From Somniosus microcephalus (Eukaryota): a stretch of DNA of 64,000 nucleotides. Positions 1 to 13,300 of this stretch are shown here, in pieces. Location of the stretch: contig CM126211.1 of NCBI GenBank assembly GCA_052327205.1, forward strand, positions 25,854,001 to 25,918,000. The letters run 5' to 3'. Positions within the stretch are counted from its first letter, which is position 1, and every line of letters begins with the position of its first letter. Both the position numbers and the translations under genes were made by a program. The notes under the pieces were generated by a model that saw only the letters and a list, made by a program, of their open reading frames with translations, had not been told where the DNA came from and did no database searches.

Positions 1-244
1 GGTTCTACTTGAAAAGTTACTGGTAAATGTTAATTTTTCACTGGCCATTCTTGGCTGTTGCCTTCCAACTGAACAGTAATTGTAGTCAACTGATCTGCTC
101 TATAAAAAATGACATATACCATTTAAATAAGTGGGTGTGTTGTTTCTGGTCAGGTTTTTCTCACAGTTTACTGTGATTGTCCAGTTACACATTAAATCAA
201 GTCATCAACCGTAACAATTTCATTCTCATCACTCATTCCTCTGG

Positions 245-983
245 TGCAAGAAATAGAACAGAAAAATAAACGGCAGCAAGGTCAGATAACGAGCACAAAT
301 GACCGAGGCCAGGACACGGAAGTGATGAGGCAGCCATAAAATACAAGACAACATGAACCAGAAAGTCTCAAAATGTTCTTAAAGAAACATAACAAGACCT
401 TTAGAACAGAGATAAGGAGGAAAATGACCTCATGAGGCAGGGAGGGGGCTGTCAGAGATACCCTCTTCCTTGTAACTGAACAATGGGATGGGTAAAATTT
501 ATTCACACTAGGCAATCACCAGCCCATCGGAATAAAGTATAAAATAGGGGACTGAGAAGGAAAGTCAGACAGCTAGGGGCGAAGGCTTCCTCGAGGTGGA
601 AATCAATGCTGGCGTATGCCTAACACCGTGGTCAAGTTTAGCCTATGAGGTGGATCAATGCTGGCTGACGGCCGAACACCTCCAACAGCTCGAGGGATGA
701 CCCAACTGAAGTGACTACTGCTGCAGGCTGCAGAGATCCGCTGGCCCAAGACCTCCTTGCTGTCTCATCGGGCATCTAACTGTCTGTCCGCCCAGTCGTG
801 GCATTCCACTTTGGGAGTCGTAGATCACTCTCTACTGTCACAGGTTGTATGTCTATTATGCTCATCTTAACCACATGTAATATCCAATTATGCTTTGAAC
901 TATAGCTCTTTAATAAAATACCGTAAAACTCCCAAGACCCTTTGGGTATGTGTGTGTGTGAGACCTGTGATCCAAATCTTACA
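245..983 (+). mobile_element. Solo LTR, 739 bp, ERV-like
   Basis: Ends TGCAAGA...TCTTACA; 4-bp TSD CTGG (241-244, 984-987); TATAAAA at 538; AATAAA at 912; internal ~35-bp direct repeat (593-627, 647-680). Confidence 0.75.
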
Positions 984-1045
984 CTGGTTCAATTTGCTTT
1001 CAAGTCCCTGAATATGACTAATTTAATTTTTCAGTCTAAGACTTT

Positions 1046-1203
1046 AGGTTGAATTTCTGCAGAGCGTCTCTCACTTGTCCATTGTTAACTTCAATGCAAG
1101 AGCTGCAGAAATCCCAGAAACACATTGTAAGCACCACTTACACTGTTTGTCAGGGTTTTCGCAGCTCTTCCGCTGATCTTGCATAAGGTTGTAAATCCAC
1201 CCC
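1046..1203. mobile_element. Short fold-back MITE, Harbinger-like ends
   Basis: Central hairpin AAGAGCTGC..TGTAAG / CTTACA..GCAGCTCTT; ends AGGTTGAATTT / AAATCCACCCC; TTT on both flanks. Confidence 0.5.
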
Positions 1204-1734
1204 TTTACAATTACATTTAAAATCTGCTTAATTTTATTTATTACCTATACAGGAATCCCGCCCCAACTGCGGTTTTGCCATACGCGGATTTCAAGTATAC
1301 ACAGTTTCCTCTCTGCGACAACTTTTGCCAACCGCGGCAGTGAATTTTGCGTTTACGTTGTTTTTAATTGATGATTAAGGTAAATAACATGATTTTATCG
1401 CTTTTATATTCTGTGTGTTATTTGAACATTTATACTGTATTTACCAACCACGACTTTACTAACCACGGGGGTTTTCAGGGACATATCCATATATATATAT
1501 AAAAATACACACACACTTATTTGTACCAGTTACTGATACAGAAGTCGAAAGACTTGACTAAAGCATCAATAACTTCCCGATTAATGTACTTGTTAAATTA
1601 TGTTCTTGATCGTATTTGTAGATGGAGTCATATTACTTAGATAATTTTATTTAAATATTTCTCTCTCACTCATATATAACTTATATTATTGTACAGTAAA
1701 GATTCAACACCCACTATGTTAGATTAAACTTAAA

Positions 1735-2571
1735 GGCCTAGAAATTCAGTTGTTTGCGGCAGCCGCTAGCGCCTTAGGAGGAGATGTGGGGCGCTAGGCG
1801 GCTAGCGGCCGGGCGCAGCGCGATCTGCGCCTCTCCCCAACTTCAGTAAAGATTTAGCGGCGGCGCAAAGCCTTTGCGCGCGCTCAGCTGCGTGCGCAGA
1901 TCCTGCCGTCATTTCATCGTGCAATGCCCTTTGTGCGCCCCAAACCGGAAATTCAGTGGCGCCGGCCTATTGTGTGCCTGGCGCCCCTAGCGACTGGTAG
2001 AGGGGAATGGTTCCCAGTCGCTGCGGGCGCTAATTAAAGGGCACTCCTCCTACAGTAGAAAAGGCAGCCATTTTGCAACACTCCTTCTTTGTGAGAGACG
2101 GATCTTTGCAGAGAGACAAAGGTAGAGAGCTTTCTGGTTTGGCTCAACACTTGCACAGGTACTTGTGGCTTCAGGCCACAGCTTTCCACTTGTCTTTAAC
2201 TTCAGAGCCATATCATTGATTGGAAACATATAATGGGGGCTGCAATGGGTGCAAACGTTGGCCTTCTCCATTGCATTCAAAGGACTCAGAGACGCCGTGA
2301 GAGAGTGGCAGTCAAACAAATCCACCCTCCCCCTTTAAAGAGCTCACCGGCGCCAGAGTGTCTGCCGTCAATCAGCAACTCGCCGCACCTGCGCTGCGCC
2401 CGCCCTTGGGGGTATCGCCCCGGGCCGCCGGCTTAGCGCCTAATGATAGTCGTGCATCGCCTGTTTTAGCGCAGCAGCAACCTCTTGGGGTGATGCCACT
2501 GAATATCGGTGAAACTTTAGCGGCCGCCCGGCTGTAGCGCCCCAAACGTGGCTATACTGAATTTCTAGGCC
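1735..2571. mobile_element. Non-autonomous DNA transposon, PIF/Harbinger-like, GC-rich
   Basis: Perfect 16-bp TIR GGCCTAGAAATTCAGT (1735-1750 / 2556-2571); AAA on both flanks; many TAGCGC/GCGCTA subterminal motifs. Confidence 0.85.
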
Positions 2572-3183
2572 AAAATGTAATATGGCCAGGGTCCCTTTAA
2601 GGATCCCAGCTTAAAACATGTAATGAATGAAGTCACCAGACTCGCTCCATCTAATTGGGCCAGGTAATGTGCTGGGTGGGCTTAATAGGCCCCATTAAGG
2701 TAAGTTCATTTTGTACAACAGGATGGAGCCAGCAGCGGGGTTGGGACCCACCAGAGACACTAGCACAGCCAAGGTAAGGATAATTCTGGCCTTTGCCTTA
2801 GGATCTGAATTTCAGTCTAACCCAAACAGATGGGATGATTGCCTTCTGAAGGATTTTAGTTAAAATAGGTTTGAGCAATCTTAACCCTTTGCTTATTATA
2901 AATTCACAATGTAAAACTGTCCACAATTCAGCACAAATTTCACAGGTCAACAGAATGGATGCGAAAAATAGAAAATATCACACTCTGCAGAGCATGAAGA
3001 ATAGGGACATTTAGCACACCAAGCCTATTTTCTAAAATATCATATGCAATCTGCTCTTTCATCTGCCTTTTTGATAATCTGAGCAAGATTCTACAAAGTT
3101 ACTCTTTCTCCCACACCTTTCCCCAAGACAAACTAAGTGAAATTTTCAGTTTATTTATCTAACCTTATATCCTATACCAAGTA

Positions 3184-3517
3184 CAGGAAACTTTGGTTTA
3201 TCCGGAGGTTGTATGTCCGGAATACTCGATCTAACGGCAAAAATCAGGAGCCGTTTTCTGTAAGTTTTTTTAGATCTCGTTCTTTTTTTTCCCCCCAGTC
3301 AGCCACTGCAAGGTCTGTAGCTATAGCAACAGCTTCAGCTAGAGACGCTTGCAGCTGCAGCCGACTCTTTAGAAGCTGTTGCTAAGCAACAGTGTTTGTT
3401 GTCAGATACGGAGATGAAAACCTCCGTATGCTTCAACATTAACTTTGTATGTCCGGCAGTTTTGATAGATCGGCAACACGCCGGTCCCGTCGGTGCCGGA
3501 TATCACAAAGTTTCCTG
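3184..3517. mobile_element. Tc1/mariner (pogo/Tigger-type) MITE
   Basis: TIR CAGGAAACTTTG..TATCCGG at both ends; TA TSD (3182-3183, 3518-3519). Confidence 0.85.
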
Positions 3518-3588
3518 TACTTGATGGGTTGTCTTTTTTAGCATGATATTTCCATAGCCTCAGCAGCTCAGGAACCATTATGTTGGAT

Positions 3589-3887
3589 ACATAAGAAATA
3601 GGAGCAGGAGTAGGCATTCAGCAAGATCATGGCTGATCTTCCCTCAACTCCACTTTCCAACCCTATCCCTTGATTCCCTCCCTCAGTGCCCAAAAATATA
3701 TTATCTCAGTCTTAAATATACTTAATAACTGAGCATCCACAGCCCTCAGAGGTAGAGTATTCCAAAGATTCACAACCCTCAGTGAAGAAATTTCTCATCT
3801 CTGTCCTAAATGGCCGTCCCCTTATCCTGAGACTATGACCCTTAGTTCTGAACTCTCCAGCCAGGGGAAACAGCCTCTCAGCACCTA
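3589..3887 (-). mobile_element. CR1 LINE 3' fragment
   Basis: Encodes RT C-terminus [19 protein letters not shown]; tail shared with the other CR1 copies. Confidence 0.85.
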
Positions 3888-4174
3888 AATACAACATTCA
3901 TTCAGCTCTGTTTTTATAATTCTCAATCCCATTTACCAGATATTTATCAAGTTGGTTATTTTTTTTTTTAAACAAGAGAGATCGCCAATATAAGGAGCAA
4001 AGAGCATTTAACCAATTATCATTGTCTTTCTAGTTACATGTTCTAACTGCAACTCTTCTCTTAGCTCAAAAGGTGTGACACTATGGACACCCATTAGACA
4101 GAGAGCTTTTAATGACAAGATTAACAATTAGAATATACATTTGCAATACAGTAACAGTTTTATTTAGCACATAC

Positions 4175-4393
4175 CTTCAATTGACTGACGCAAGCTGGTT
4201 TATAAGGATGGTCGCTCTCCACCACAGCATAATGGCTAGAAGTAGTACAAGCTGAGAGGCCTTGCTCAGGCTGATTCCCTGTTGCACTGTCTGTTGACTG
4301 ATTTGGGTTGAAGGCAGGCGGAGCATATTTCTGGTTTAATGTTGCAACTGGGGGCAGGAGCTCCTGTATAAGACCAAAAACTTCAACTGCCGC
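4175..4393 (-). CDS. MYCBP2: MYCBP2 exon ([14 protein letters not shown]...[15 protein letters not shown])
   Basis: AG/GT boundaries, 219 nt. Confidence 0.93.
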
Positions 4394-7300
4394 CTATTCA
4401 AAAAAAAAGCAAAATGGCATTCTGTAAAACTCAAAAGGAATAATTCCGAGGGTGAGAGTAAGCACATGATAATAAAAACAGCACTAAATACGTTGAAAGA
4501 AAGAGAATTACTTACTTTTGGGACATTAGCAGCCACTGGCGCAATGTAAGCCAAAATAAGCGGAAGCAGCATAGATAATAGACTGGAAGAGCTAAGTAGT
4601 TCTGGAATATCTTCAGCTAAATAAAAATATAAACAGCTTTATCCATTCTTATAGTTTGTGAGTAAAACATGACAGTTTACTGATTTTAACACAAGTAAGT
4701 AGCATTATATAAAACATATACTGCACAGAAAGATATTTGTTAACTAGCAAGCTGTACATTCTTACTTCTCTGCAGGCAGACCCAGTTTCCTGACAGGTAG
4801 TGCATATAATGACCATGGTTAATATTTCCGCTATTATGCCATAGATGCTTCTCCAATGTATCAAGGTCTGCTCACCAGCTAAACTGAGACTGCATCACCC
4901 AAATCAGTGTAATCAAAAGAAAGCTGTGATTAGAGATAAATGGAAGAGAAGCCCCAACGACTTTCTATGTCGAGTGCATTTAAAATTTCGTTCAATCTAT
5001 GTTGACCCAGCAGAGGGGACAAACAGGTAGTGTGTGCTCCCTGCCTTTGGCAAATGCTGCTCTCAAGGAGGTGCACAAGGTGGCCCTGCTGGGACCCACA
5101 GTGCACGGAATACTAATGAACAATAGTGCACCTTTAATGCCTACATACCAAATTCTGATGGAATTGAAAGTTGGGTTTTAATGAAACAGATCGCTTGTTT
5201 TAAAACAAGAAATTCCAGTTTCAGTAACTTAAATAAAGTTAAGCTGGCAGGCGATACACATGAGGGGTGCCTACAAATTTGCCCCACAGTAAAAGGGTAA
5301 ATTCATAAAGAAAACTACCACATTTATCCAGTTTGCATTAAACTATAAGTATTTCCAGGTTAGGTACAAAAAGAGTTGACGGTACAAAAAAGTACTTAAA
5401 TAGGCTATTCATCCTTGGACATGCAACTTCTACATAAAAGTATGATAATGCTGGGACAGTGTCACTTTTAGAAACTTCAGAGGCTGAATGGCCAGGGATC
5501 ATCCTCTATTCTGCTTTATGAAAGACCTCATTCTGGGCCACACTAGCTCTTTCCTAGAGGCAGCAGCATTGGGATCCCAACAGGAAGAACACAAGGAACA
5601 AAACTAAATACAGCTACAATCCAGTTTAGAGGGATGCTGTGGAGGATTTTGTGTAAGTTCAACAACAAGTACAATGCTTAATGTAGGCAATTTAATATTC
5701 ATCCAATTTTACCGATCTCTAAATATAAATGAGAAAAACACAAAGTAGTACAAAAGCTGGGAGTAGGTGACTTGTATCCTTATAGTTTGGAACACAAAGC
5801 TCAAAAGTCAGTACAAAATAATGTCCCTCAGCTGGTTTCCATATGTTGACCAAGATGTGACCACTGCACAAGCAAAATGAGGTTGCCAGGGAATAAATAT
5901 AAGCAAGACCTTCACCACTACTTGATTGCTAACCTCATTTTAGCAATTAATTTCCCCAAGATCTCAATCCCAAATGAACTGACTGCACACATGGATAAAC
6001 TCTCTTTTCCCCTATCTACATGGTAGACAAGTGCCTCTTTATATTGACTAAATAAACAATGGCAGAAAATAAGGTTCAGCAACTATGGTTTCCTGAAACA
6101 AATAAAGTTCACAAAAAACTTTAGCAAAAATTAAGGAAAGCTTGAGAACTGCGCAACTTGCATGTCAAATCACAAAGTGGATTTACCATTAAGATGAGGT
6201 TTGCTAATCTCTTTGCCAAAACACTGTTGGCAAATGCTCATATTTGTTGTACAGTTAATATGAATATATAATTATTGCAATACTGTATATACATTTACAG
6301 ATGTCAAAGTACCACTGAATTTATTTTAGTCTCAACAGGATTTACAACATCTCACTTTTTCATCAGTCCTGACAATTTTACAGAGCAGAATGTTCATATT
6401 TTTAGAAGAAGATTGGATTCTTCCCAAACTATGCTGGTGCCCTTGAAAAATAACTCTTTCAAATATCTTCTCGTCTTGGGAGTAGACTGATGTGTAAAGT
6501 TTCAAACTTATTTTGCTTTGCATTTGATGAAATTAAGCTCAACAAGACTGCCACACTTGTTTAACACAGAACAGTTGGCAGCTGCCATAGCTCACTTCCT
6601 TCAGGCCAGTTCACCTGCCCAGCATCGGCCACATATTTTTCCCCTTAAAATGTCCACATACTACTGACAATGACTAACATTTCAAGTTACTGATTTAAGA
6701 AAATGCATACATACCATCTACAGCCAGGGCCCTATGCAACAAATCCTTAGCCGCACGAACAACTGCAGACACAACAGAAAGGGCTCTGCTGCAGTTTTTA
6801 TCCTCCTCATTGGCTTTGCTGAGCAGCTGCGATTGCAAATCTCCATCAAACTCACTTCTAAAAGTTAAACGGGTACATATTACTAGTGTGAAATACTTCA
6901 TTAGATTTGATTCTCTGTACATTGTAATTCAGCTAATCTATTTAATCAGAACAATATTTGACAAGCCCTTTTGTACAAACCAGAAGCCAACCAGTCACTG
7001 CATTGAAGTAAAGAGGATTCACAACAATGAGAACAGCCAAGAAAATCCCCCTAGAGTTTATGCAAAACCTAACATTAGAGAGTCTGGATTTTAAAACTGC
7101 AGTTTTCCCCAGACAAAATGTGACCAATAGCTCACAGAGAAAAAAAGAGACACAACCAGGAACAATGCTTTTAGTCAACACTAAGATAGCAAATATATTT
7201 GGGCTCCGCATTGGCTCCATGAGTTTACCTAGGGAGCCATACAGACTAAGAGGTCCCAGGTCTGATCCCCAGTGGGCTAGCTGATCTGAGTCATGGGACC

Positions 7301-10300
7301 ATGTGTTAGAATTGGTGACAGCGCTCCTGGGTTAGGGAGAGAAGAACTGCTCTCGCTCCGAATTGCTAATCAGCCACTCCTACTGTAAATGCACATGTAT
7401 GGATGTCATGTAAGGAGGGCTCCACCATTGCTGCAATATTCAACTGCCTTTCTGTAGATCAGCCAGAACTTCCATCAACTAAACAATAACCAGACCAAAG
7501 TCATCCAGTTCAGTGTGCACCATAAACTTCAAACCCTGGCCCTCGACTCCCCAGCTGCTTGCTCAGACCTCAACCAATGTGCAGCTGCTTTTTGTTCAAT
7601 CCCGAGCCGAGCTTTGCCCCAACAAATCCAGAGTGCTTGTTTCTACCTCAGATATTAACCACTTCCATCATACCTCATTCCCATCACTCCCGAAACCCAC
7701 AACCATCCCTTTGTCACCTCCATTTATCTAAATGTCTCCACAACCAACTCCCAAGCAACACCTTATAAAAACACCAACTCGTCTAGAACTCTACCGTCTA
7801 TACTCTCAATCATCCCATCACCTGGTTTTGGCTATCCCCAATGGCCCACCCTCTACCCAATGTATTAAATTAAAAATTCTCATCTGCAAACCACACCATG
7901 TCCTCACTCCAACTTCTCCCCTGCAGCTTTCTTTATCCCAGCTCTCTCACTCTGCTCTTGAATCAGGACTACTATGTGTTCACACCTCCTCCTTCCATTC
8001 CACCTTCAGCGTCATGCTCTCTGCAATTTTTTTCCTAAAGTCCACCTTACTTTATCTCGTCCACCTTGAAAAACCTTTTCGTCTTTAGTTACCTTCCAAC
8101 TCTTCTCCCACCTCTTGTCGTAGGGCTTAGATCTCAGATCTCCATGGTTCAATAGCCTGCCAACACTCAGAATTAGGGCTCACAAATGGTAGTCACTGGG
8201 GCGAGACTGCCTTGTATTTATGGAAACATATCCAAAGCTAGAAGTCAACATTTTCAGGAGAAAATTGGACAAAGGGTTTCCTCTCTTTCACACCCCCACT
8301 CCCCTCCAGTGATTATGAAACTACATTGGAGATTTTAACTTTCATGCACAAAGAATCAAAAGGTCCATTTTTAGTTAGATGAAGTTAAAACTTCTTAACC
8401 TCATCTGGCATCCACACACAAATCACTTTACCAACACTGGATTGGGATTAGGACCAGGAGAAACCTGGTAATTATTCATCATCCTAACCCAGGGGTGCAG
8501 AGGCCAACCATTGTACTCTTACCACTGGTCATCATCACATTGCTGTGTGTGGGAGCTTGCTGTGCGCAAATTGGCTGCCGCGATTCCTACATTACAACAG
8601 TGACTACACTTGAAAAGTACTTCATTGGCTGTAAAGCACTTTGGGACGTCCTGTGGTTGTGAAAGGCGCTATATAAATGCAAGTCTTTTTTTCTTCCTTC
8701 ATGATTAGCAGATCCGCAGCAATTGGCATGCATTTTCTGTTTTAATTTCATATCTTCTGCATGCGCAGATTTCTCCCTCTCTTATGCTTGTACACAGGCC
8801 TCTCTTGTATCCTTTCACTCTCCCCTACAATCTTTTAATTCTTTTGTCCTTTCTACATGTCTGCAGTATCTTACTGCTGATGATCTTTCGTAGCTATCTT
8901 CTATTAAGCAGGGTGTAGGTCATTTAACAAGTTAACGCCCTCTCTGTGATTGGTGTATCCGTTGGCTCTCTTCCCCCACTTTTTATTTTTCCAACCTTAC
9001 TAAAATGCCTATAATGCCCTAGCCTTCAATCTGACGAAAGGTACATAGATGAAATGTCATAAACATTTTCTTTTTACAGATACTAACTTATGTATTCCCC
9101 ATCTCTCTGTTTTTATTTTGGATTATTTAATGACTTTGCAATTCAAGTATATTAAGCTAGAGGGAATAGGTAGTGTAGCAAACTAGCACACTGGTCTTTT
9201 ACATCTAATGCCTGGTTTGGATCAAGTCTACCCAGACTGATGGTCTCCTCTCTTACTGTTATCTGAAGGGTCTTCCACAAAACGAGTTTGGGCAGACAAT
9301 CCAGTACTGAATTAGGATGAGTCCACGATACAAAATTGTTCCTAGTTCAGTGAAAACTGACAATCTGTAAACAGGCCATCCCAAACTACCAATTGTCGAA
9401 ATTCCTTCCTCATGCAGCAAAATGTTTGTAGAATTGTTTTTTAAAAAATTAAAAAGACACATTTGGGGCAGTGAATAGAAGCGTTAGGCTTCCCAATCAT
9501 GAGTTTCAATCCTAGTCTTGGCTAATATTCTAGCTTGGTTACTTTCACAAGTTTAGAAGTTCTCACCCAGCTGTTCGAGGGAACACAAGACGGCTTCATA
9601 CAAGGTGATCAAAAATCAGCAAGACTAATTATAGAACGCAAACCGCAATGCCTTTTGGTCATTCTTGGATAAGCTTTTTCATGCTAGGATGTATCTAAAG
9701 TTAAAATACAACTAGACTAGAATAACACAAAATGTCATGTAAAAGCAATAGCTTCAGGTATTTATTAGTACTTGGAGTCTCCTTAGTAATACTGTTTCAT
9801 AAACACAAAAGGTACTGAATTATGTTGGAAAATCTTAATTTAAAAAGGATATACGTATTCTTACCTATAATAAAGTACCTGAGGGATCTGACCTCGAGTC
9901 TGATTAGTTCCATTACTGCTAAGGCTACAAGTACTAAAAGTGAATGTTACACCATCTGGGCATTGAATGGTCGTCATTCCTCCATCTCCATTTGCAGTGC
10001 GACTGCCATAGTTCCTTAGACGTACTGCATATTTTACATTTTCCTAGAAATGCAATATATTTAGTAGGCATTACACAGAACCTTAAAAACTAGGCACAAA
10101 ATATATTAATGCTAGAAATTTGTAACATCATAATTTCTCATGTAATAGTTTAAATCTGCATTTGTTTCAACGGCAAAAGTGCTGGCCCATTTGCTACAAA
10201 AACCTTAGGGTACACTAAATGGGTTATCTAACCTTTTCAGAGCAAGGAGTATCTGCTCAAACATACCTTTAAAGGTACGGCTTTATCCAGTCTGATTTCT

Positions 10301-13300
10301 GCTGTGTCATTGGACGAGTCATCAGTGCTGTAAGTCCCTTTTACTAGTTCTAAGGATGTCCACCTGTGAGAATGTGCTGAATCACCAGTGTGCTCACTCT
10401 GTCAAAAAAAAATATTCAATTATAATCAAGGGACCATTGGATTCCTCAGAATAGAACATTTACTCAAAAACACAACTATTTACTATTTCAAGTTAAAAAC
10501 AAACTAAACTTACGTCATCAACCAACACTTCCAGCTCGTATTCATGAATGCCACCTCCTCCATATACGTGGTACCCTACCACAACTACCCCAGGTTTGTC
10601 TACAGAAAAGCAGATTGCATCTGGTGACCCATTACCAGTGTTCCAACTTCGCCCTTGACTGGTTTTAATAAACCGGTTTGGTGTGGCTTTGACAGAATGG
10701 AGGGAACTCAATCCATCAACCTGTGAAAGAAACCAAGACGTTCAAAGAAGCTAGTCTTTAACCAAATACGGCTTTCTCCAGTCTTGCATAGTATTTACGG
10801 CACAGAAGCAGGCCATGGAATACTAAATGCTGAAAAAAAGGCTTCTGAAGCCCCTGCCCAGTCCCAAAAATAGCTCTGCATCAGTGGCATTTGATACATT
10901 TAGTTTTTATGCTTAATGTTACAAGAACTGGAGGATAAAACAATGCATTACAAGATGCATTACAAAACAATTACAAGATCGTGAAGAGTAATAAACTGAG
11001 GATAAAAAGCTCATTATCTTTCGGTTTGAGAATTAAACCAAAACCTTCAATTTCAGGGCCTAGCTTGCTAGATGATTTTCTTCCTCACTTTTTTGCTTCA
11101 TTGTCCACCTGCCATCTCTGACTTACATCTTCAACATGTGGTACAGGTCTAGTAATTTTTTTCAAATGTGGATTTCTTGTAGCATTTCATTAATTCTTTA
11201 TCGATATATAATTACAGCATTACATGTAATGTGTTGAGTGTGGCTACCTTATTTGACATGTTTATATGTATACCAGAGCACATGTTGTCTTAACTCAGTA
11301 TTTCTCAAACTTAACTGCAAAGGTGATTCTGAAAATTACTACAATGTGCTCTACTTAGTACAACACTGAGTTAATATGTTGCTCACAAGAGTTATTTTCA
11401 GGCACAAGTACACAAAATTCATATGTTGTAGAATATTAAACTTCAAATAGTTCAGAAAGTCACAAAAGCCTGCTCTAAATCTTTCAGCTCAGGTCTGGAC
11501 TCTTACCTCAGATCCCAGTGCTGACGCAGTGAGTTCACTCACTATACTGGCAAGGAGACCACAAGTATTGGACACTAGGAGAGGAGAGAAGAGTTCTACC
11601 TCTCTTCTGAGACTCTTTCGAACTGGAAGCACGACAATGACCAACATTTTTTCTAGCACTTCTCGAAAACTGGTCATACTTGTAATATTTTCTTCAAACT
11701 AGGGGAAAATAGATGAAGATTTTATTGCATATCCAAGAATATCTGATTTTCGTTCATTTTAATGTTTACTATTTATTCAAGCTCCTTTTAGCAGAATGCT
11801 CCTAGTCTCAGTATTCCATATTTTAACAAGATGCATTGGGCCTCCAGGATTTCATCCACACCATACCAGAAAAAAAAATATATATATATATATATATATT
11901 GTGAATTTGATTCGTGTTTCAAACTCAGATCTTGGCTAGCACAACTTCTGGTGTTTTTACATGAGTGTGAGGCAGCAAACTAAAGTTTACAATTTCACAT
12001 TAGTCATCCAAATGGACAATTAATGTCAGTTACTTTTGCAATAGCTAGAGTATCAAGATGCAGGAAATATAATCTACAGCATTTTTGGTAATAATACTTT
12101 TGTTGGTGTACATGGAGGGAGACTTAATTATACATTACCCTAGTCTTGCTCAACTGGCTAATGTATTTTATAGTTCTTCAACCAAAAGGGGAATCCCTGA
12201 AATACAACTGACAACAACTTGTGTTTGCCTTTCTCACCTGGCTGAGTTTCTCCATATGAGCTACTAATAGAGCAAATCTGTGAACCATGGCTGATTCATT
12301 CTCTGTGCTAGTCTGCTTCACCAAGGTCCGAAGCATCACCTCACCATCATAGGCAATGGGAAGGATTGTGGTCAGTTTGACTGACGAGTGGCAGAGTGCA
12401 GACATGACTGCTGCAAGTAACCGACTACTCGATGTTTTGAAGTTAGCTTCCTGTATGTCCTAATGAGAAAAAAAACCCAGATTAATTGCCAAGTATAAAA
12501 AATTAAAAATTAACATGAAATTGTCCAGACTGCAGAAGACGAGACTACAGAGGCATTTTTTTTAATAATTGGTTTTGATAATCCAACTGTCTACCATTAG
12601 ATTACTAAAAAATTCACCATTGATATTCAAGCAGAATTCACCTCAAATAAACAGATACTGGCTTAACTGTCAGAAATGAGCTCAGTAGTATTCTCCTTTA
12701 CTCTAAGCAAGTAGCAAACAGCAACAACAACAAAAAATCACATTTAACATATCACCAAAACCAAACTTTTCCAATGTCTCAGTAAAAATATATTAAAAGC
12801 AAAAAACCCAAACCAGAATAATAATAGCATAAACCTGTCAAACAGCTTGGATTTATATTGGGACATTTTCCTATGTTAAAAGTGCAAGGTGCTTCACATA
12901 AGCATTACCAAACAAAAATTGACATTGAGCCGAAGAAGGAGATACTAGGATGGGTGATAAGTTTAGTCAGAGAGGTAGGTTTTAAGGAGGAGAGAATGGT
13001 AAAGAGGCAAAGAGGTGTAGGGAGGGAATTCCACAGCTAAGGGCAGCGACAGCTGAAGGTACGTCCATCAATGGTGTGGCAAAGGAAGTGGAGATGAGTA
13101 AGAGGCCAATGTTGGAGGATCGATTGTAGGGCTGGAGGAGGTTAGAGATCGAGAGGGGCAAGGTCATGAAGGGTTTTGAACACGAGGATGAGAATTATAA
13201 ATTTGAGGGGTTGGTGGACTGGGAGCCAGTGTAGAGCATAGGGTTGATGGGCGAGCGGAAATGCAGGATAGCATATGGGTAACAGAGTTTTGGATTAAAC

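Noticed and set aside
1248-1480. Possible Tigger-like MITE remnant
   Set aside because: CpG-bearing and starts TACAGG, but I could not define a matching TIR.
1731-1740. Kolobok/T2-type TTAA-AGG terminus
   Set aside because: The right end lacks the matching CCT-TTAA; a 3-bp TSD fits the related elements better.
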